A stretch of 64,000 bases of DNA, from the NCBI RefSeq assembly GCF_009914755.1, contig NC_060935.1; one strand, written 5' to 3'. A program made the position numbers and the translations under genes. The notes beneath the pieces were generated by a model, which saw only the letters and a list, made by a program, of their open reading frames with translations, was not told the origin of the DNA and made no database searches. Source of the DNA: the human T2T-CHM13v2.0 reference genome, Homo sapiens. Each line of letters starts with the position of its first letter. The stretch's first letter is position 1. Shown piece by piece: positions 16,250 through 29,664 of the stretch.

Positions 16250-17404
16250 TACTTTACTGAATCATCATAACAAACCCTTGTGCATAGAAACTATGCAAAT
16301 TAATAGCATTTCTCAGATGGAGATGTTAGGGCCATCTAACTCCAAAGCCTTTGCTCTTATCAACAAACTTAATTAAATGGATGGAAAAGTAGGAAGGAAA
16401 GAAAAAAAGAAGGGAAGGTGGAAAGGTGGGAGAGAGAGGAAAAGAAGACTGGGAAAGAGGGAGGAAGGGAGTAAGAATTTATTAAATGCCCAATTTGTAC
16501 AGAAGATATTTTATTAGGAGGTTGAATATTAAATCATTTAATTCTCAAATCCTGATATTTTTATAGATTGGGAAACTTAAGCTCTGAGATATTAGCATAA
16601 CAGTGATAAAGCCAGTATTGAGCCCTGGTTATCTTTCCACTTCACATGTCTAATACTATGCTTTGTATATAGTAAGTACTTAATACAAATGGAATGAAAT
16701 TGAAAAAAAGTGTGTCTGTGGAATAAAGTGCTGCAAACAAGTATTCAATGTCAGTCACATTACCTAAACTAAGGCAAATAACTGTAGGTAAAAATGCATC
16801 TAAAAGATAAATGAAAGATCTGTTAAGAAATAGCCCTGAAAAATTACTGAGTTCTCAAACTGAATAGGAATGTTATAGGTACATTCTTAGGTATGTCTGA
16901 AGCTTTTGTGAGTGCCCAGAGAAGACCTATGTCTCTTCTGAGAAGCTGTTTTGTTTATGTTGTAGAAATACTGTGGCTGTTGTAACACATTTCCTTTTTG
17001 CCTGGTTACCAGGAAGCTCACAATCGAGTCTGTGGCCATCCTTTAGCAATTAGGTAAATATGTATGACAAGAATTTTTGTGCACTTCACTTATCTCAGCT
17101 TTACCCTACTTACCTTATTTTCCTATCCTTAATTTTTATTTCCCACAATCTCCTCTCTATTTAGTTTTTATGTTGTTTTACTGCACGTATCACTGCAAAC
17201 CACCCAAAATTCTTTTTACATCAAGGCAACGTATAAACACAAATAGTACAACTGTACTGTTTTGCTCCTTAATTCAAACAGAACAAAGCCATTGGTCAAT
17301 TCTAAACTTTTACTGTGTTTGATCAGTGAAAACTGTTATTAAGGTTAAGGTGAATACAATTAAAACACATAATGCAGGTGTATGTATTACATGATCTAGA
17401 ATAG

Positions 17405-17887
17405 CATATATTCAAAGTATCACCTTGGTAATCTCAAAGACCCTTTTAGAGGGTCCACTAGATCAAAACTATTTCCATAATAACTCTAAGACATTGTTTG
17501 ACTTATTCATTCTTATTCTCTCTTGAATGTACGATGGAGATTTCCAGAAACTACATGACAATGATACAATTTGGATGCAAAAGCAGATACCAGAATCAAG
17601 CAGTATTCTAATAAATCAGACATTAAAGAGATTCATGAAAATGTAAAGCAAAAACATTCTTCTATTTTTTTACTTTGAAAATATAGTTAATACTAAAAAA
17701 TGGTATTTATATTACTACCTAATTGATTTGTTATTGTTATCTTAAATATTTTTTGATGTTTTAGTTTTAATATTTAATAAGACAAATATTGGTTGATAAG
17801 TCCCACATAAATCAAAACTCTTCAGGGTCTTTGATAATTTTTAAGAGTGTAAAAGGCCCCTGAGACCAAAAAAGTTGAGAACAGCTG
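17405..17887 (+). mobile_element. hAT-Charlie DNA transposon relic (Charlie4a-like)
   Basis: gaccctttt...tcaaaactatttccataataactctaagac...ttttaagagtgtaaaaggcccctgagaccaaaaaagttgagaacagctg. Confidence 0.7.
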
Positions 17888-20800
17888 GTCTGGAAGGATT
17901 AAGAGATTACATCTAGAAGAGATTAGATCTAGAAGGATTAAGGATTAGAAACTACCTGCCATAATGGGAGGTTAGGTCTATAAAATCCTCATAATTAGTA
18001 AGTTTGCTCCATACATAACAAAACCAACAACTCTTTCACAGAATGTATGCAACATTATTAACTGAATATATCGAATTTTAGCCATTTCATTGAGAGATAC
18101 ATTAACTAGATGTGGCCTTTTGACTAAAACATGTATAAATAAAACTCAAGGCTTTATATTTATTCCTACACCTACACCTATCCCTAGGAAGGATCTTGAA
18201 CTTGTACACTTATATATAAATTCTCACCATTTTTTTCCTGTTTAAAGTACAGAGAAGAAAAGAGCCAAACAAGTTTGTTGTTGTTTTTTATGAGTTTGGC
18301 CTTTTAAGCTAGTAGCTAGGCAACCAATCAAGTAGTCCTGACAACAGAAAGAAAAAGAACTTAATGATTACATTCAGCCAGGAGCCTACATACAGAACTT
18401 CACAGTTGCCCAATGTTATTAGTTCAAATGTAAAATCCAACATTAATAAAACTTACCTTGCTTTTCTCTAATTTTATAGCACTTTTGATCTGTGTATGTT
18501 CTTTTAAAAAAACACTATCGCAAGTATAAATATAGCTATTCATTTCAAAGAAATATGTATGAAGCACATATATCTAGATAGACTTCTTTAGCTCATAATT
18601 TTAGCATTCACTTCATTAAATTGATGTTTGAAACTCAGATGTGTGTCTTGTTTTAGATTTTAAGTAAAATTGCGCTATCAATCTCACAGAGATGTAGGGA
18701 ACAAATGAGATGATGGAAAGGAAATGCTGGAGTAAAGTGATCCCGAGCTGGTCTTAGTTTCTTCATCTGTGAAACAAGGACAGTAATACCGACATCCCTG
18801 AATTTGGAAAGGTTTAAGAGCGAATATATATGTAATAATATATTTGGAGCATAGAAAGCAGTATAAAAATATTCATTGTCGTGACATAAAGAAAGAGTAG
18901 TACACAAATGTTTTTTAAACAGTGACTACTGCTCTGCTTTGCAAATGAGAATTACAATTAGAATTTCTTCCCTTACTGCAAAAATCTCTAATGTGCCCTG
19001 CATTCTTCATAGTACAAGTTGTTGTCTTGAGAATAGGTTGACATAGAAAAGCAACACAAACATGTTAGTCAACTGCTCACAAAAATGACAATCCTGATTA
19101 ATTAGGACTATATATGCCTTTGAAAACAACCAAACCTCACTAGTCTGTGAGCTATAGAAGGAGCTCATTCATTCCCAACACACTTTGCTAAATAATTTTC
19201 TCACAAGCCCCTTTCACTTACTGCTGTACAGCTATATTGATCCTCTGTCTAAATTTATCCTGTCATGCAATAATGAATACCTGAATCAATTGTATGAATA
19301 ACAAGGAGCTATGGTAATTGACAATGCGAAGCAGAAGATGTCCAGTATGTTTTTCTTTTCCAATAAAAGGGGGCAGTATTACATCAGTGTAATACTGATG
19401 TACTATTCTGATATTTTTGAAACATATGGGTGAAATGCAAGAATCTACACTTTCAAAAAATGAACAATGGCTTCTTAAATAAATGGGAACAAGTTTACAA
19501 TGTGCCCCAATGATTAGATATTGTTTTCCTATTTAATTCACTGAAAAATATCATTTGGGTATAAGAAATGTAAATAGCTATCAAGAATCAGGTCAAGCTT
19601 TTCTAAAAAAATTATAGATTAAAATTCTGCTTTTGTGGAAACATATTAAAGAATATATTAAATAAGTAGGAACAAAAGCTCCCTAGCACACTAACATAAT
19701 CAAATTTGAGTATTATTATCAAGTTGGCTTTAGCCAGATCCTAGCAGGTAGCTAGTTTATACAAGTTACTCCAAAAATGAAAAAGAAATATGCATATCCT
19801 GACTTTGTAAGAAGCTGCCTGTTAGAATCTAACTAGCCTTTTTTTCTCTTTTAAGACATTTTGGATCCAAGGACCAATAGGTTGACTCATTCACTAGTGG
19901 AGAGTATCAAAGAAAGAAAAATTTAAAAACTAAACAACAGATTTGACAAGCTGCCTGCCATCTGAAAGTGAGAAAGAATGTGATATTAATTGAGCATCTT
20001 CTGAGCAAGCTATATGCTGTACATATGCTTTTCTTCAAAACATCCCTTCAAGAAAATGGTAATTATCTCCATTTTATAGAAATGATCATTGAGACTCAGA
20101 GAGGTTAAATAATTTACTTAAGTAACACAGTTAGAAAATAGCACAGGGAGAACTGAGACCCAGGATTAATCAACTCTAAAATCCATGTTCTTTGTAATCT
20201 ACATGTAGTCTGTCTTTCTATGACTGCTGTTGGTCTAGCCACCTCTTTTGTTTCTTTGTCTATACCAGCACCATTCAATCCTCTATTTCCTGACTGGTAG
20301 CTTTCCAGCGCCAGCAGCAACGGACACCATGGCAGGAAAGAATACCCTACCCAGGTAGAAGGTGACAAGTATAGAGAAAGCAGGGAGCTAAATGCTTTTC
20401 TGCTTCGCTGTTTTTATTTATTACCTGCTTTATTTCATCAAAGCTTTGAGATTGCCAATGTAAAATGTAAGATATCATAGGAAATTAATAAATGAATCTG
20501 GTATTGTTCTATAAGTGGAAATACAATTAACTAGGAATCAGGAAAGCTGAGATTTAATTTCTGTCCTGCTACAAATACACTATGACTGTGGGTAAGTCCT
20601 TTTCTCTCTCTAGGTTTCAGTTTTCCCATATGCAAATTGAAGTGATTGAACTTGATCAAATGTAATGCTCCCTCCAATTCTTTTACTCTACAGTTTTAAT
20701 TCTACCCATATACTTCAGAGGCAAGTAAAGTGTGATAATAGTGTCCACTGTAGCTCACTTTGACACCTGATGAGGTCAAGTATTTTTCTCAAGTGATTCC

Positions 20801-21673
20801 CAGATAAGGAAGTGAATAGCAGCTCAGGACACATGTGTACAGATGTGCAATCTGACTTTTCATGTGCAGTTGTGATCAGTAGGTAATCAGTCTACTGGCT
20901 CACATAACACCTACGCAGGAAAGCATTCCAACCAATGCTTTCACTGAGTCAGCATTCAAACATCAAGAAGGTCAGAGAGTTACAGAACATACTTTAACAT
21001 CTACCCCTTCATTAAAAAGGCCCACCCTGCCTTGCATGTCTTCTTGCCAGATGCCCTTAGCTTAGCTCTGAGGAGACTTAGAAGCAGCCTAATTAAAATT
21101 CTGTTATGTATTGTCATGACTAAAATACTCTCTATCTTAGAGATGTCAAAACAACAAAATTTGGTAAGCAATTAGGCTATAGTATGATCTAATTGCACTG
21201 GTACTTAGACTGGGGTGAAGATGGCTGGTGTTCTTTGTGTGGAAAGCTACAACCCAGGGCGGTAACTTAGACATCTGCTGGCAGGACACTGACAATTCAT
21301 GCACAGAAGCTATGTTGAAACGATGGAGCAGAATAGCTCATAAGGTGCCATTACAGTCTATTGTCCCTACAATGTATATATTTAACAGATCCTAAATACC
21401 CCGTGACACATCGACACAGTCGACAATGACTCCACTGGTGCCGTGCTGGCCAATCAAGTCAATAATGTTTCATTTTAAAGTGCCAAAATAGGGATTTACC
21501 CAATACAGTGAGACCCATCATGAGTAAACGTGTAATCATATGGACACATATATGATTCTATAAGTACTGTAAAGACATAAGCATCCCTATGCCTGTTAGT
21601 AAGTGTTGGCCCACATTTATGATATATACAAAGACTGTCTTGTACACATCTAATATTACTAAATGTAACAAGC

Positions 21674-22184
21674 TACAGTGGACACTGATGTGCAGCACAG
21701 ATCCCCCCCTGCTTCAGGACTGGAAGATTTATTCCCTCAGCTGCTGGAAATGCTGTTGGTAGCTAGCCCTTGGCTGTCGGCCCTCTTCAGCATTGCCTTA
21801 GCTGGAGAGAGTCACCTCACTCAAGGTCATGTCCTCTTCCCATGGCGTCACTTATCCAATGACTGGTTGATGCAGGGGTACAAAAGCTCACACTCTCACC
21901 CCAACTTAGGACAATTCTGAATGGCCATGGCAGCCTGGAAGCTTCCTATGAGGTTGCTAGAGACCCTAGTTGAGACTGCACCAGAGTACAACCTCTCCCT
22001 CTGCACAGTCCTGGGTTTTTTTAAAAAATTAAAACTTGTTTATTTTTTAGAGATGGGGTCTCACTATGCTGTACAGGCTTTTGTCTTCTCCCTTCCCTTA
22101 GCAATTCTAAAAGCACTCCCTAATAAACCTGCATGCTGATCTTCATCTCATGACCTGTTTCCCAGGAAACCCAAATCTGTGCCA
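21674..22184 (+). mobile_element. ERVL solo LTR (LTR16C-like)
   Basis: gtggacactg...cagatccccc...ccccaacttaggacaattctgaa...gcactccctaataaacctgcatgctgatcttcatctca...ggaaacccaa. Confidence 0.75.
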
Positions 22185-22910
22185 CATTCCTCTGCAAAGA
22201 GTGTCCAAATGAGGGAGAGAAGAGGTATGCTTAATAAATTATAAGGTTTTATGTCAGCAACACCACAAAAAATTACCTACAACTGTATTATGAGCTACAA
22301 AGAACAAATTCATAAATCTAATGGATAGATCTTATATTTAAGGAAACAGATTATTCCAACGTGAATAACTTTGAAGAGAGTTAAACTGAATTTGTCATAA
22401 TTCATTTTCCAGTTTAATTGCACATTATACATTAATATTTACCCTCTTTGGCTCAGAAGAAAATCTGATGCTCAGAAGAAAAAGTAGTGCCCCATGGAAC
22501 CCCATAAAATTAAGACTGATATTTTGATTATAAGAAAGCCAAAGCTACCATCACAGGAATCCATTAGTGCTGTCCTTCATTTATTCTTCTGACTTGAACT
22601 AATCTAGCAAGCAATCATAGATACTGATTCTAGATACTAAACAAAGCCTACAAGAATCACAAAATATATGTGCAAAACAGTAACATTATGCAGGAGAGAG
22701 ACCATGTTAAGGAGAGCTCATGAACACAACATCCCTAGTAATGAACTTTTCCCATGCCCCAAATTCAACCCCAGTAAGGTTGTCTACTGAGAAAACAGCT
22801 CCCTTCAACTTGGAAACCAGGGTTTTCTGGTTCCATTGAAACAATTTTGCAGCTTACCTTCTGGGACTCAGTTATATTCAGTGTGATATGTTTTAGGTCA
22901 AGTTCAAATT

Positions 22911-22974
22911 TATCTATCTATCTATCTGTCTATCTGTCTATCTATCTATCTATCTATCATCTATGTATCTATCT
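22911..22974. repeat. Compound (TCTA)/(TCTG) tetranucleotide microsatellite
   Basis: Direct reading. Confidence 0.95.
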
Positions 22975-23167
22975 TAACCTCATCTCTCATCCCTCTCCCG
23001 TGTGTTCCAAAGCAAAATAAAGTTTTATCCTTTTAAACTTCAGACTTTTCCCTCCCAAATGAATTTAAAAAGTCAATGAGAAATACTTAAAATTAATCTG
23101 TAGAATTTGAAGTTAATAGTGTCTAAGTTTGAACTTCAACAGATAATACAAATTCAACAATATAGGG

Positions 23168-23322
23168 TACTATGGAGATAATTTTTGTGTCCCCTCAGAA
23201 TCCCTTATCTTGAATCCCCAATCTGCAATGTGATGGTCACTGGAGGTGGGTCTTTGGGAGGTAATTAGGTTTAGATGAGGTTATGAGGGTAGAGCCCCCA
23301 TGATCAGATTAGTACCCTTCTA
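23168..23322 (+). mobile_element. 5' fragment of a MaLR LTR (MLT1A/MST-like)
   Basis: tgtgtcccctca...aatgtgatgg...ggaggtgggtctttgggaggtaattaggtttagatgagg...gattagtaccctt. Confidence 0.7.
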
Positions 23323-23339
23323 TCAGATAATCAGAATTT

Positions 23340-24026
23340 TTCACAGTCTACTAATAGCCTCTCAACCAGTCTCCCTGTTTCCATTCTTAACCTCCAATAT
23401 AGTCCAATCTTCCACAGTAGGCAGAATGATCCTTTTATATGTAAATCAGATCATGTCAATGTCCTGGACAAAATCAGTCTAGGGATTCCCATCACACTCA
23501 GAATAAAATGAAAAGCCTTTCCAGGGTGTACCAGGTAATAATAAGCTCTGCCCAGCCTATCACTTTTACTTTATGATCCCCGGCTGTGTCGTCTCTTGTG
23601 CCATTCCTGCCACACTGGCCTCCTTGGTGCTGGTCTAATCCTCCAAGGGCCTGCATGTTCATCATTCCTAGTGCCTAGAATGCCCCTGCTCCTGCCTTTC
23701 ATATGGCCTGGACTGTTGCTTCATTCAGATGTCAATGTCACTTCCTCAGAGAGTCCTTACCACTTCATCTAACATGCCAGCCCTATAACACCCTATTCCT
23801 TTAACTTGCTTCTATTTTTTCTCACGGCATTTATTGACTTCCTGCCATTACATTTTCTATTTAATTGTTTATTTCTTCATTGTCTGTGTTCTCCTATTAG
23901 AATATAAGCTCTAGGAAAGCAGGTGTCTTTGTCAGATTTGCTCACTGCTGTATCTCCAGCGCCTAGAACAGAGTCCATCATAGAATAAACAATAAATAAT
24001 TTGCTGGATCAAAAACCAAATGAATG
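23340..24026 (+). mobile_element. L2 (L2a-like) 3' region
   Basis: tcagatcatgtca...cccatcacactcagaataaaa...tagaatataagctc...ctcactgctgtatctccagcgcctagaacag...aatgaatg. Confidence 0.8.
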
Positions 24027-24479
24027 CAATTTGCAAATTGCTTTGTTTTGCTTCATTTTTTTGTCCTGGTTGACAGGAAGTTTAGTATTACATTTAATGG
24101 TGAGTCATGGTAACATATTAGTCTTCATTGTAAACACATATGTGTCTTCCTTTTTTAATATTCTGGTACTCTACTTTTATTCTAATAACATCATACATCT
24201 CCTTTATTTTAAGATACATCTATTTCAGAATGTGACAGAAAAACACCAATAGGCAGGTAGGTTGGGAGGCAACTTACACTGGGTGGGAAAGGGCGTATTT
24301 GTTAATCAACAATAATGCTTACAGATGCTACATGACAGATTTCAGTAAAGTACAAGACAGCCCTCAAGCTGGAAGCCCAAATCTATGGCTGCAGGTTGAT
24401 ACCTGGGAGCCTGGAAAGAACCAGATGAGAGTGAGCCAATAAGTCTAGCAGATCCAGTGACACAAGGAAGCAGTTTTAC

Positions 24480-24667
24480 CTTTTCATTCCTGCAGCTGTT
24501 CAGCCCCATATTATTTATGGAGGACAGTTTCCCGTCAACACCATGTGGCTGTTGCTGCTGTTGCTCCCGCTGGATCTGCTCTCGCATCTTCCGCGCCTCC
24601 TGAATGGCTTTCATCACTGTATCCTGATCCCCAAAAAGGGCAGGGGAGTTGAGACTAGATAGGATAT
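24480..24667 (-). CDS. SOX6: SOX6 internal coding exon (188 nt, phase 1/0): (D)[62 protein letters not shown]
   Basis: Lies within ORF 24342..24686. Acceptor ctaataatgcatcctgtgtatgcag|AT and donor AAG|gtaaaa. Encodes the SoxD second coiled coil and a Q5 run. Confidence 0.97.
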
Positions 24668-25664
24668 CTGCATACACAGGATGCATTATTAGATGCTTGT
24701 GAGGTCAGACTCCTAAAAAGTACTACTACTATCCCCTCCCCTGTAGAAAGCTGCATTCTCTGAACAAGGAAGGGGTGCACATTTGCTATTTTTTAAACTA
24801 TACGCTAATATACATAGAACACAGAGCCAGGGCAACCAAGCTGTGCTGGGTTCTTTTAGCCCTTGGAGAAAACCCCAGCACTCCAGCCTACCTGGATTCT
24901 GTCTACTCACCTCCTCACAGACTACAGTTCCTAGACTCCAATTGTATACATATTGGGGGAAGGTATTTGCTCTGCCTGTATGTACAACTGGTGCACAATG
25001 TTGCCTCTTCTGTGGGGAAATTATGGGGAGGAAGGGGTTGAGGAGTGGGCAGGAGGCAGAGATGTTTGTCCAGGCTACCCATTATAGTTGCTGTGATAAT
25101 ACAACACAGTCATTTCTGGCCCGCAGAAAAAATAAAAAAATCTGTGAGGCCACATGTGTACTTTAGTGATATCTGTATCTGTGTGTTCATATGTCCACTG
25201 CAGGAAAGAGGGGGCGGAAGGAATTCACCGTACTCTCCAGTACCCCAGTTGCTGGCTGGTTAATGAAGCATTCTTCTCATCAAGCTGCCTCAGTTATTTA
25301 CCAAGAGAATGACAACCCATTCCCCACCCCCAGCTCGAACACCCACTGTGATCAGCTCCCTCACTTCATGACAATGAGGCGATATGTGTGGGACTGGTTT
25401 TCGCATAACTACAAAGCTTCAAAAAAAAAGTGAGAATAAATATTTACTTCCAGTGTATTTCAAGCAACACAGAAGGAAAATCTTCAATATTAAACTGACT
25501 TATTTCCAACGATATCTTGCATTTTACTGTGGGTAAAATGAATACTTTGAATAAGATTTTCCAATTTTAGACAAAAAGAGGGCAATTTTTTGATGATAGG
25601 TTTCATCTGCTGTGACAAATGTTAGTGTGATCCACTTGCTTGAGGGCTCGTATAATCATTTCAT

Positions 25665-25667
<3 letters not shown>

Positions 25668-25708
<41 letters not shown>

Positions 25709-25711
25709 TGT
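25668..25711. repeat. (GT)17 microsatellite plus short interrupted extension
   Basis: Direct reading. Confidence 0.95.
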
Positions 25712-26764
25712 ATACACCTCACATAGGCAGGACAGAAGAAATGAGTGTAGAATCAAGCTCATACTGGATGTCTGATGTGTACAATGCATGTGCATATGCA
25801 TTTGAGTTTGGAAAAAATTCCCAAGCTATACATGGAATTTTTTTTTTAAGTTAGTCACTTTTTGGTCCCACAGCTTTTATTTTGGAGCTTTTCTGGTAAA
25901 AAGGACATCTCTATCCAATATCACCTGGACGAGAGTGCTGTTCAAACACAGGTGCTATTACTTCAGCCCATTTCTAGCTCATGATCTAAGAAATATGCTC
26001 TGCTGAGTAGAGTTCCATAAAAGCAGGGCCTGTGACTCAGTCATCTCTGTCCCTCATGATACTCAGGACAGCAAACAAATGCTTTCCAAACAATTTCAGA
26101 GTGAATTCTAGGAGGGCTATTTCAAGGTCAACTCTATAATTTATCTCCTTGTTGGCTTTCTTCCCTCATCTCACAACTTCCAAAAATCCGGCCAAGGGGC
26201 ATTCATATTCACATGCTGGAAATGATTTAATTCTATCTTCTATATGGATATCACTAACTTGGCATGAAAACTTTCAGGTCCCAAAAAGACATCCTTACTC
26301 AAAATGAGAATATGCTCCTGTAGAGATCCAATATTCCAAAATTCATTGAGGAAGATTAACATCTCACTATCAGAAGATTCACTTAGACTCAGCACAATTT
26401 AGCAAATATTCTAACTGTGAGTTTACAAAAAGAACACTTGAGTAACATGTGAGAGGACCTAGATTCTAGTCCTGTTTCTGCTAATTAACAGCTGCAGGAG
26501 TGTGGGCAACTCATTCTACCTGTAAAAACCACAATGTATGTATTTGTACAATAAGCATAATAATATACTATCTAACTCATAAGATTATTGTGAAACATCA
26601 AATCAGATAAAGTAGGCAAGAATGTTTTTTAAGCTGTTAATGGCTATTCTTATACATTATTTTATCTATTGAAATAAGCATTTTAGACTTCAGGACTCAA
26701 TAATACAAGGAAGGTAATCTGAAGAAATGCTAGGTCTTGTCCCTTTAATCTTTAAATCTGTGTC

Positions 26765-26830
26765 TGTTTGGAAATTAAGTCTCTTAATTTCCAAAGAGTA
26801 TAACAAATTAAGAGACTTAATTTCCAAACA
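26765..26830. repeat. Perfect 26-bp inverted repeat with 14-bp spacer and an overlapping 13-bp hairpin
   Basis: tgtttggaaattaagtctcttaattt (26765-26790) and aaattaagagacttaatttccaaaca (26805-26830) are exact reverse complements. Confidence 0.95.
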
Positions 26831-27622
26831 AAGAGTATAGTAACAATAATGTTAATGCTTATTCGGCACTGTCTTACTGACAACTGCTTTCACATTTATT
26901 GTTTCATCCCACTTATATATGTACATGTATTGATAATCATTCATTCTAGTCATTTTAAATTGAATGCCTTCTAGGTTCTAAACTGCACTAGGCATTTAAT
27001 ATGCATTTTTCTGTTTTAATCCTCATAATAACCTATGAGCTAGTAATACTAGGAAACTGAACTTGAAAATATTAAATAACTTTCTTGGGGTCACATAGCT
27101 AGAAAATGAAGGCTCTCTGTCCAAGCCTGCCTCATTCCAAAACCCATGTTTTTTCCTCCATACTTTTCACATAGGGCTATGAATATTCCTAGAGATACTT
27201 GGCCATATATGGGGGAGTATAAGGAGCCAGACATTATGACATCTTTTCCTACATATCAATAGTATTTCATATATGTTCTTGAAGTGTGTCATTCACATTT
27301 GTTTTAATGCAAAAGTCATATGGGATAAGATGTAAAATTCACATACACTTTGATAGAAGATAAAAATTTCAAATAAATTTTGGTCTTTTGAAAGGTTGCT
27401 TTGAAGCCAGGTCCTATGTCCCTGAAAAATTATCTCAGTGTCAAAGCACTGACCATATATAGAAGTTCCTAAGTCTATGATTTGCTGGATCGAACTCATT
27501 ATCATCTAAAGAATCCATCCCAGCAGGATTTATATTATGACCTTTTCCAAAAGTTCTAATAAAAGAAGATACTAAATTGGGTTATGTTTCAGTAGAAAAG
27601 ATAAGAGTATTATCTTTTACTA

Positions 27623-27904
<282 letters not shown>

Positions 27905-29664
27905 CTACAAGAGTTTAACGTAAATAATTATTTTTACAAAAGACAAATGAAGCACATTATCACTTAGTAAGCCACAGTTATTTTACACCTCAGAGACAAT
28001 GCCACATTCTCCTACAATAATAACAAAAGAAGCTAATTATCTACCTCCTTGAAGATTCATCGGAAGGAAACCTCATTAATATCCCTGTGTTATGCTTCTA
28101 TTTACATTAACTGTGTAGTTGGATCATTCTTTTTGCCAAATTAAAATCTGAATTAGCTCACATTACAGCTTAATTTCCTAATGTGTTTTCAGGGATCTAA
28201 ATTAACCTAGGGCATTTACAAAGAATTATTTAAAATTTCAGCAGCTCTGTAGTGCTTTTGTGTTACTCTCTCTGAAAAGTTCTTGTAGCTATAAATAGTC
28301 TCTGCAGCTAATTTCTTAATATATATTTTAAATCAAACAATTGCAAGCACTTTAAAAATGGAAACATGGAAAGCCTTTTTCTGATGTACTAGGCCCCTGC
28401 CCAGGGAGCCACATGCCACAGCATGGCTTCTATGTGGCTTTCTGGGTGTGGGCACTCTTCATGGTCTATATTCTGGTCTCTATTCATGTTTAAAATTAAT
28501 TTTTGCAAAGACCAAGGATAGATTATAATTATGTTACACATACTATGCTATATGCAATTTATTTTTCATGTTTAAAGTGATGTTTCTTTATATGCTTTTC
28601 TACATATATTTACAGAATGTCTATTTTAAGATACATGTCCTTCTTCACTGAGACAGTATTCAAATATCTGGCTTGTAACTGTAGTTCATCCAGGATCTTG
28701 AAAGCTAAGCTCCTTCCTTTATTTTGTCTCATTTATCCTGCCATAAAATACTTGAAATAACACTTTCATCATCCTAGAAATTTAGTTATAATATGACCAT
28801 ATTTATTTAAATGTTCAGTTTTAAGATCTGCATTATTGTGTTCTAAAATAAAATTGTCGGCAAATGTTAACTCCCACTTTGCTTTTAAGAAGGCAAAGAG
28901 AACTAGCTTTTAATGCCGTTGTTTAAAAGACCCAATAGAGTTTGGTAACAGAACATTTTCCCCCTTAGTAACCATGTGACCTTGCTGGGGCTCAATTTCT
29001 TCATCTGTGAAAAGAGGGTCTGATACTAGATGATCTCTAAGGTCTCTTCCAGTACTAATATCATTGATTAAGGGGGAACAGAAAGAGAGGCCAGAAAATA
29101 CTACTTGAGAAGGAGGATTAGAAAGAGAAAATAAAAACAGCATGCGCAAAGAAGCAATTATATACCAAGCACATACTAAGCATTTTCATATACTAGTTCA
29201 TTTAACCGTCAATGACTATGAGCCTGGCCAGTATTATTCTAAATTTACAAATAGGAAAATGGAGGTCAGAATGACAAAATCGCTTGTCTAAGGCCATATA
29301 ACGGGGGAAAGAATTTAAATTCTAATTTATTGGACTCCAAATTTCAGGCCCCTTTTCTACTGAACTACCAGAGAAAATAAGTCTATTGTTTGATAATATA
29401 GTGATGCCACAGATTTTTTTGTGTGTGTTCATAGGGAAAAGGCAATTTGTCACATACGTTGCAATGTACGTTTATGTATATTTATACATAGGACAGGTTC
29501 TCAAGCAACATGGTTACATCCATTATGAATGTCAAAATTATCTTATGTAGTTAATTTCAATTTACTTCCCTTTGCTCTTTATTCAAAGGATGTTTGAACT
29601 AGTTTGTTCCTTTACTCACATCTAAATAATAGGGATTTATATGCTAGGTGTTTACTTAATTTTC

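Noticed and set aside
24342-24479. 46-codon read-through after the coiled-coil exon, suggesting a truncated HMG-less terminal exon
   Set aside because: A good AAG|GTAAAA donor is present and an open stretch this long is expected by chance; no other supporting signal seen
25040-25450. GC box (gggggcggaag) and a few CpGs upstream of the exon, as an internal promoter
   Set aside because: Not a CpG island, a single motif, no other promoter evidence
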